This document shows, piece after piece, positions 8,222-12,492 of a stretch of 12,492 bases of DNA (position 1 is the stretch's first letter; each line of letters starts with the position of its first letter). The stretch is from Myxococcota bacterium (GTDB lineage: Bacteria; Myxococcota; SpSt-1050). A model generated the notes under the pieces. The model did no database searches. It worked only from the letters and a program-made list of their open reading frames with translations, and was not told where the DNA came from. The stretch lies in contig JBMFOP010000089.1 in assembly GCA_049969675.1 (NCBI GenBank), positions 1 to 12,492 of the forward strand, written 5' to 3'. The position numbers were made by a program, and so were the translations under genes.

Positions 8222-8466
8222 ATTTATTCATAAGAAGCCTAATTTCAGAGTTTTTGTTTGACAAGATAATCTTACCCTACCGAGGCTCCAATAACAAAAT
8301 AATTATTTTGGACAGATGTGAAGTATAATAGACGGCGATAACACCGAAAATCATATCTCAAGTATGGAGTTTTTTAAGGAAAAAGATAAACCAATAAATC
8401 TTCTTGCCTTTTTCTGGAATTGTATTATAGAGTCCTTTTCGCCTTTATGAGGATTCATTTGGATTT

Positions 8467-10086
8467 ATGATGTTTGCTCTTTTAAAACAGAATATCACAG
8501 GACATATATTAAAATTATTTCTTTGTTTTTTTACCATCTACATACTAATAGGATGTAATATTAGGCTTTTTGCCGAATCTGCTTCTGAGAACCCTTTTCA
8601 TAATTATTTAATAAAACAGTTTCAGGAGAAAAAATTTTCAAACGAATTGAGTAAGAAGATATGGAACTATCTCTCAAACCCTTCAAAGGGGTATAAATCC
8701 GCCGGTCTAACATCTGAAGAGTTTGCAAGGATAGTAGGGGATTATGTAGAGGCAATCTATTTGCAGAAGATTATAGGTTCGCTTCTTGAGGTTTTAAGTA
8801 TTGATACGAGAGAGAACCTGACGGAGGAGAGAAGGGCGGAGAGCATCTCTAAATATATCAAGCATATAGAATCGGTGGCTCAAAGCCTCGGATTGAGTGT
8901 AGTAAATCTGGAGAATAAATTTCTTGTTATCAATTCTAACGGTGAGCAACCTCCATTGGGGATTGTGGGAAAGATAAAGATATCGGAGAATTATCTAAAA
9001 TATCAAACTCCTTTGCTTAAAGATGAGAATATCTTATCCACACCTGTGCTCTCATCAAAGACTGCGATTGAGCTTGCTCTGTATGCCACAGGGATTATTA
9101 ATTCACTGGGAATTAAATCTCATAACAGGATATTAATTTTTGTTGACCTTTCGCTAACATCCCAAACAAATGTAGATACCCTCCTGAATTCGTATGAAAT
9201 TGCCCCATTAAACCTTGTTCTTGATTCTATGTTCCCTGCGGTATGCGCAGAGTATGGTTATGCAATGATTAGACTTGTGCAGACTGTTAAAAATGAGAAT
9301 GAAACTTCATTGATTAGGCAGATAATGTTTGATGGTGGAGAATATCAGACTCCCCTTAATGCTCAGATTCTATTGGATGAGAAGAGGTTGGATAGAGAGA
9401 TAATTGAAGAAGGTGTAAAGAAGTTTTCTTCAAAATATAATAAGGTAGAAGTCATCTCAGACGGTTTTCAGATTAGATTTTCAGTTCCACAATCTACAAA
9501 GGGTCCCCAGCAAAATGCGCTTGACTATCTTGTTCTGTTCCTCTCAGAAAATAGAGAGTTATACCCTGAGGGCGTAAAGATATTTGAATATCTTAGAAGG
9601 AATATCATCTTGAATCCATCGGGCAGGGGTCTTGGTATAAACAGATTTCATAATTTACTAAAGAGTACAGAGGTTATACTCAAAAAAGTGAAGATTGCTG
9701 AAAACACTTACTCTGCGGATATCTATGTCAGGTTTCCATTTGGGATTGATTCATCGCTTTTGGTGGAGAAGGTTAAGAAGAATATAGAGGTATTTAATAG
9801 CAGGGAGTCTGTTGAGATTGAGTCATATATAAATGCTTATAATCCTATTGCGATTGATTCAAATTCTGAGGTGGCTACGAGGATAAGACGCGCCTACAAA
9901 TCTGTAACCGGGGAGAATGATAAATGTATTATTGCTGACGGACTATATACAAAACTCTTTCCAAATGCTATCGGGTTTGGTCCGTATTCTCCCCTTACAT
10001 CTATGTCGTTTTCAATATCCCGTAAGGAGATTTTAAGATTGACAGATATATATCTTACAGCATTGCTATTTTTAATGGACAGATAA
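8467..10086 (+). CDS. Exported M20/PepV(Sapep)-like peptidase homolog lacking metal-binding and catalytic residues
   Basis: N-terminal hydrophobic signal with LIGC (lipobox-like) or LFA|E. Segments align by eye to PepV-type dipeptidases: LLEVLSIDT, AQSLGLSVVNLEN, PLGIVG, ALYATGII..LGI...RILIFV, DIYVRFPFG, SEVATRIRRAYKSVTG, YTKLFPNAIGFGP, LTDIYLTAL. Confidence 0.75.
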   Translation: MMFALLKQNITGHILKLFLCFFTIYILIGCNIRLFAESASENPFHNYLIKQFQEKKFSNELSKKIWNYLSNPSKGYKSAGLTSEEFARIVGDYVEAIYLQKIIGSLLEVLSIDTRENLTEERRAESISKYIKHIESVAQSLGLSVVNLENKFLVINSNGEQPPLGIVGKIKISENYLKYQTPLLKDENILSTPVLSSKTAIELALYATGIINSLGIKSHNRILIFVDLSLTSQTNVDTLLNSYEIAPLNLVLDSMFPAVCAEYGYAMIRLVQTVKNENETSLIRQIMFDGGEYQTPLNAQILLDEKRLDREIIEEGVKKFSSKYNKVEVISDGFQIRFSVPQSTKGPQQNALDYLVLFLSENRELYPEGVKIFEYLRRNIILNPSGRGLGINRFHNLLKSTEVILKKVKIAENTYSADIYVRFPFGIDSSLLVEKVKKNIEVFNSRESVEIESYINAYNPIAIDSNSEVATRIRRAYKSVTGENDKCIIADGLYTKLFPNAIGFGPYSPLTSMSFSISRKEILRLTDIYLTALLFLMDR

Positions 10087-10087
10087 T

Positions 10088-10945
10088 ATGAATAGATCAA
10101 TTGCAATAATAAAAGGAAGACTATATTATGATGAATTCCCGTTCTCTGAATCCATTTTTATTGACCTTTTAAGTGGGTTTTTCCCCAAGGTTTTGAAGAG
10201 AAAGTTCTGTAAAAAGAGTGGGTCTGATTGCAAACTATGTGAATTTAATAAAGGGTGTGCGTATTCATATATATTTGAACCGATTCTTATAGGAGATAAG
10301 TCTCTGGTAGTCTCACTTCCCGATGTGAAGGTACCTTTTGCGTTTAGGTGGAACTTTGAAAAAGGCGACGGGAAATTCTTCCTTACTCTCTTTGATGGTT
10401 GTATGGAGTATTCCTATGAGATAATTCAGACTCTTATTGAGATTGGTCAGGTAGGTCTCGGCTATGAGAGGATGCGTTTTAGCATCGGCGGGCTTAAATC
10501 TGTGGACTACAGGTACAGAGAGCTCAAAGATTTAAGGGTGGATAAGGGGCTGATGAAAAATCTTGACCCTTTTCAAATAGACAATATTAAGGGTGTAGCG
10601 GCGGATTTGCCTTCTTTGAGTATGAAACTGGAATTTATGTCTGATGTTGACCTCTCTCGCTCTCAAAAAAAGGTAAAAAACGAAGACCTATTTGGTATCC
10701 TCTATAGGAGGATTAGAGATAGGATGCAGGCGCTTTATGTAATTTACCTGGATGAGGAATTACCAATTGAAATGAAGGGTCTATCTGATAAGAGTCGTGC
10801 CGTCATTATGACCTCAGAGAATAAAAATTGCTATGAATTCAAAGGGAAGATATCCTTTTTTAGATACCTCTTCCTGTTAGGTTCTTACCTCAATGTGGGG
10901 CGAAGATGTGCATTTGGAAATGGTGTGTACCGAATAATCTTTTGA
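10088..10945 (+). CDS. Cas6-like RAMP-superfamily protein (DUF2276-type with 4-Cys cluster), orphan
   Basis: LKRKFC-x6-C-x2-C-x5-CAYSYIFEP, followed by VPFAF, F-x-LTLF, IGQVGLG..R..F and the C-terminal Gly-rich loop LGSYLNVGRRCAFGNGVY. This is the motif order of the Cys-containing Cas6 subfamily. Confidence 0.78.
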   Translation: MNRSIAIIKGRLYYDEFPFSESIFIDLLSGFFPKVLKRKFCKKSGSDCKLCEFNKGCAYSYIFEPILIGDKSLVVSLPDVKVPFAFRWNFEKGDGKFFLTLFDGCMEYSYEIIQTLIEIGQVGLGYERMRFSIGGLKSVDYRYRELKDLRVDKGLMKNLDPFQIDNIKGVAADLPSLSMKLEFMSDVDLSRSQKKVKNEDLFGILYRRIRDRMQALYVIYLDEELPIEMKGLSDKSRAVIMTSENKNCYEFKGKISFFRYLFLLGSYLNVGRRCAFGNGVYRIIF

Positions 10946-11004
10946 AACAATTTTCTTGCCAAACCTTTTTAAATCAAATATTGGAACATAATTAAGAGGT
11001 GTAT

Positions 11005-11526
11005 ATGGCAGTCTATAAATTTGATAGTTTTATCCCCGAGGTCGGGAAGGATTGTTATATAGCCGACTCGGCTGAGGTTATTGGGAATGTTAAGATTGGG
11101 GATGGATGTTATATTGGTCCAAATGCTGTTATCAGAGGCGATTACGGAAGAATCGTCATAGGCGATGAAACGGCTGTAGAGGAATCAGTAATTATCCATG
11201 CCAGGCCGAATGAGATTACAACTATTGGGAAGAGAGTTACGCTCGGGCATGGGGCAATAATACACAATTGCACCATTGAAGATTCCGCAGTAATTGGAAT
11301 GGGTGCAATCGTAAGTGATTATGCCCTGGTAAAGGAGTGGGGAGTGGTGGCAGAGGGTGCAGTAGTAAAGAATAAATCTGTCGTGGAGAGCGGGACCATA
11401 TTTGCAGGTGTGCCAGCAAAAGAGGTTGGAAAAATAAATGATGAATATAAATCCCGGTGGAATCATTTTAAGGATATATACTGCGAACTTGCGAAGACTT
11501 ATACCAGAAGAATTGTAAGATTTTGA
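11005..11526 (+). CDS. Gamma carbonic anhydrase family protein (YrdA/PaaY/CaiE-like left-handed beta-helix)
   Basis: Hexapeptide repeats (YIADSAEVIGNVKIGDGCYIGPNAVIRGD), three His ligands (IIHA, LGHGAIIH) and AGVPAK. GAGGT SD at 10996-11000 favours the ATG at 11005 over the GTG at 10999. Confidence 0.93.
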   Translation: MAVYKFDSFIPEVGKDCYIADSAEVIGNVKIGDGCYIGPNAVIRGDYGRIVIGDETAVEESVIIHARPNEITTIGKRVTLGHGAIIHNCTIEDSAVIGMGAIVSDYALVKEWGVVAEGAVVKNKSVVESGTIFAGVPAKEVGKINDEYKSRWNHFKDIYCELAKTYTRRIVRF

Positions 11527-11537
11527 TGGAGGTAATT

Positions 11538-12053
11538 ATGATAGATTATTCCAATTATGTAAGAAATGTCCCCGATTTCCCGAAGAAAGGAATACTATTC
11601 AGAGATATTACCCCTATGCTCCTCGACCACAGGGTCTTCTCTTCTGTGATAAATGAGTTCGTAAAGAGACTTAAAGAAAAGAAAGTTGATAAGATTGTAG
11701 CGATTGAATCAAGGGGATTTATCTTTGGTGGGGCGATAGCAAATAAGCTCGGGGTTGGGCTTGCAATTGTCAGAAAACCCGGCAAACTCCCTTTTGAGAC
11801 TATAAAAGTGACATATGACCTGGAATACGGGAAAGATTCTCTGGAGATTCATAAAGATGCTATAAAAAAGGGTGAGAAGGTTGTAATATTTGATGATGTA
11901 CTGGCTACAGGTGGAACTGCAAGGGCAACTGGAAGGCTTGTAAAGAGATTGGGCGGGGAAGTGGTGGAGTACGATTTTCTGATTGAGCTTTTACCCTTAA
12001 AAGGTACCAGGAAGCTAAAAGGTGAGAAGATATTTTCTCTCATCAAATTCTAA
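11538..12053 (+). CDS. apt: Adenine phosphoribosyltransferase
   Basis: Motifs VPDFPKKGILFRDIT, AIESRGFIFG, VRKPGKLP, YDLEYG and the PRPP-binding motif VIFDDVLATGGT. GGAGGT SD at 11528-11533 favours the ATG at 11538. Confidence 0.98.
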   Translation: MIDYSNYVRNVPDFPKKGILFRDITPMLLDHRVFSSVINEFVKRLKEKKVDKIVAIESRGFIFGGAIANKLGVGLAIVRKPGKLPFETIKVTYDLEYGKDSLEIHKDAIKKGEKVVIFDDVLATGGTARATGRLVKRLGGEVVEYDFLIELLPLKGTRKLKGEKIFSLIKF

Positions 12054-12378
12054 TCAGAGTTATTGTTTTCTAATCTAACCCCTTTTTTGGATAAAAAACC
12101 ACCTGACGAGTTAATCTACAAAAGATTTGGCTAAAAAATTCTGGAATTTGATCCGAAAACACCAAAAAGATGGGAGAAACATTATGAAGACTTTTAACAC
12201 ATAAAGATAGATTTTCAGACAAAAAATAATTCTATATAGATTATGATTGCTCCTCAATACAAATAATTGCTAAATTCTTTAATCGTAACTTCAATACAAA
12301 ATATACAGAAGATTTTTTATGGACGGCTACACCTAATTGGGCTTTTTATGAATAAACACCTCAGTGTAATAGGCGAAC

Positions 12379-12443
12379 ATGTAGGGGCAGACCTGCGTGT
12401 CTGCCCCAATGTATCTGGCGAACACATAGGTTCGCCCCTACAT
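12379..12443. repeat. GTAG-class REP doublet (REPIN/BIME-like)
   Basis: GTAGGGGCAGACCTGCGTGTCTGCCCC (12381-12407, +) and GTAGGGGCGAACCTATGTGTTCGCCA (12441-12416, -). Each is a GTAG tetranucleotide plus a GC-rich palindrome, and the two are inverted. Confidence 0.88.
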
Positions 12444-12492
12444 ATTATTATCTTTTTGAATTTGACTTATTTATACCCATATGAGATATTTA

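Noticed and set aside
8258..8275. TTGACA followed by the AAGATAATCTT mini-palindrome (promoter or Fur-box-like)
   Set aside because: There is no properly spaced -10 hexamer, and the resemblance to a Fur box is only partial.
8143..8328. 61-aa ORF MVNPVCFNRKK...
   Set aside because: There is no SD sequence and no recognisable family. It runs across the hairpin and palindrome, which explain the sequence better.
8282..8436. Possible third small IS-like element bounded by GGCTCCAATAACAA and TTGTATTATAGAGTCC
   Set aside because: The inverted-repeat match is weak and no target duplication was found.
8561..12046. Minus-strand ORFs at 8561-8755, 9894-10106, 11185-11466, 11237-11419, 11555-11785 and 11849-12046
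   Set aside because: They are antisense to longer, motif-supported genes.
7885..12492. Searched the intergenic regions for a CRISPR array to accompany the cas6-like gene, including the TCAATACAAA pair near 12254 and 12291
   Set aside because: No 25-40-bp direct repeats with regular spacers were found. The TCAATACAAA pair is only about 10 bp, occurs twice and lies in AT-rich DNA.

Overview
Low-GC bacterial chromosomal window in three parts. (1) At 1-840 is the 3' end of an Rhs/YD-repeat polymorphic-toxin gene with a very Cys-rich C-terminal tip. It is followed by a translationally coupled small hydrophobic ORF that is cut off by a 228-bp internally deleted IS3-family remnant. (2) At 845-7884, on the minus strand, is the housekeeping cluster tRNA-Val(GAC)-thrS-infC(ATA start)-rpmI-rplT-pheS-pheT-merR-like, with no ihfA between pheT and merR. 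A 212-bp MITE with a near-perfect 8-bp target duplication sits 14 bp upstream of the cluster's -35 box. (3) At 8467-12053, on the plus strand, is a gene run encoding an exported PepV/M20-peptidase homolog that has lost its catalytic residues, an orphan Cas6-like RAMP protein with a 4-Cys cluster (no CRISPR array or other cas genes in view), a gamma-carbonic-anhydrase-family protein and apt. A GTAG-type REP doublet follows. The most unusual element is the coupled pseudo-peptidase + stand-alone Cas6-like pair, preceded by a G-U-rich hairpin. All family calls come from motif recognition by eye; no searches were run.
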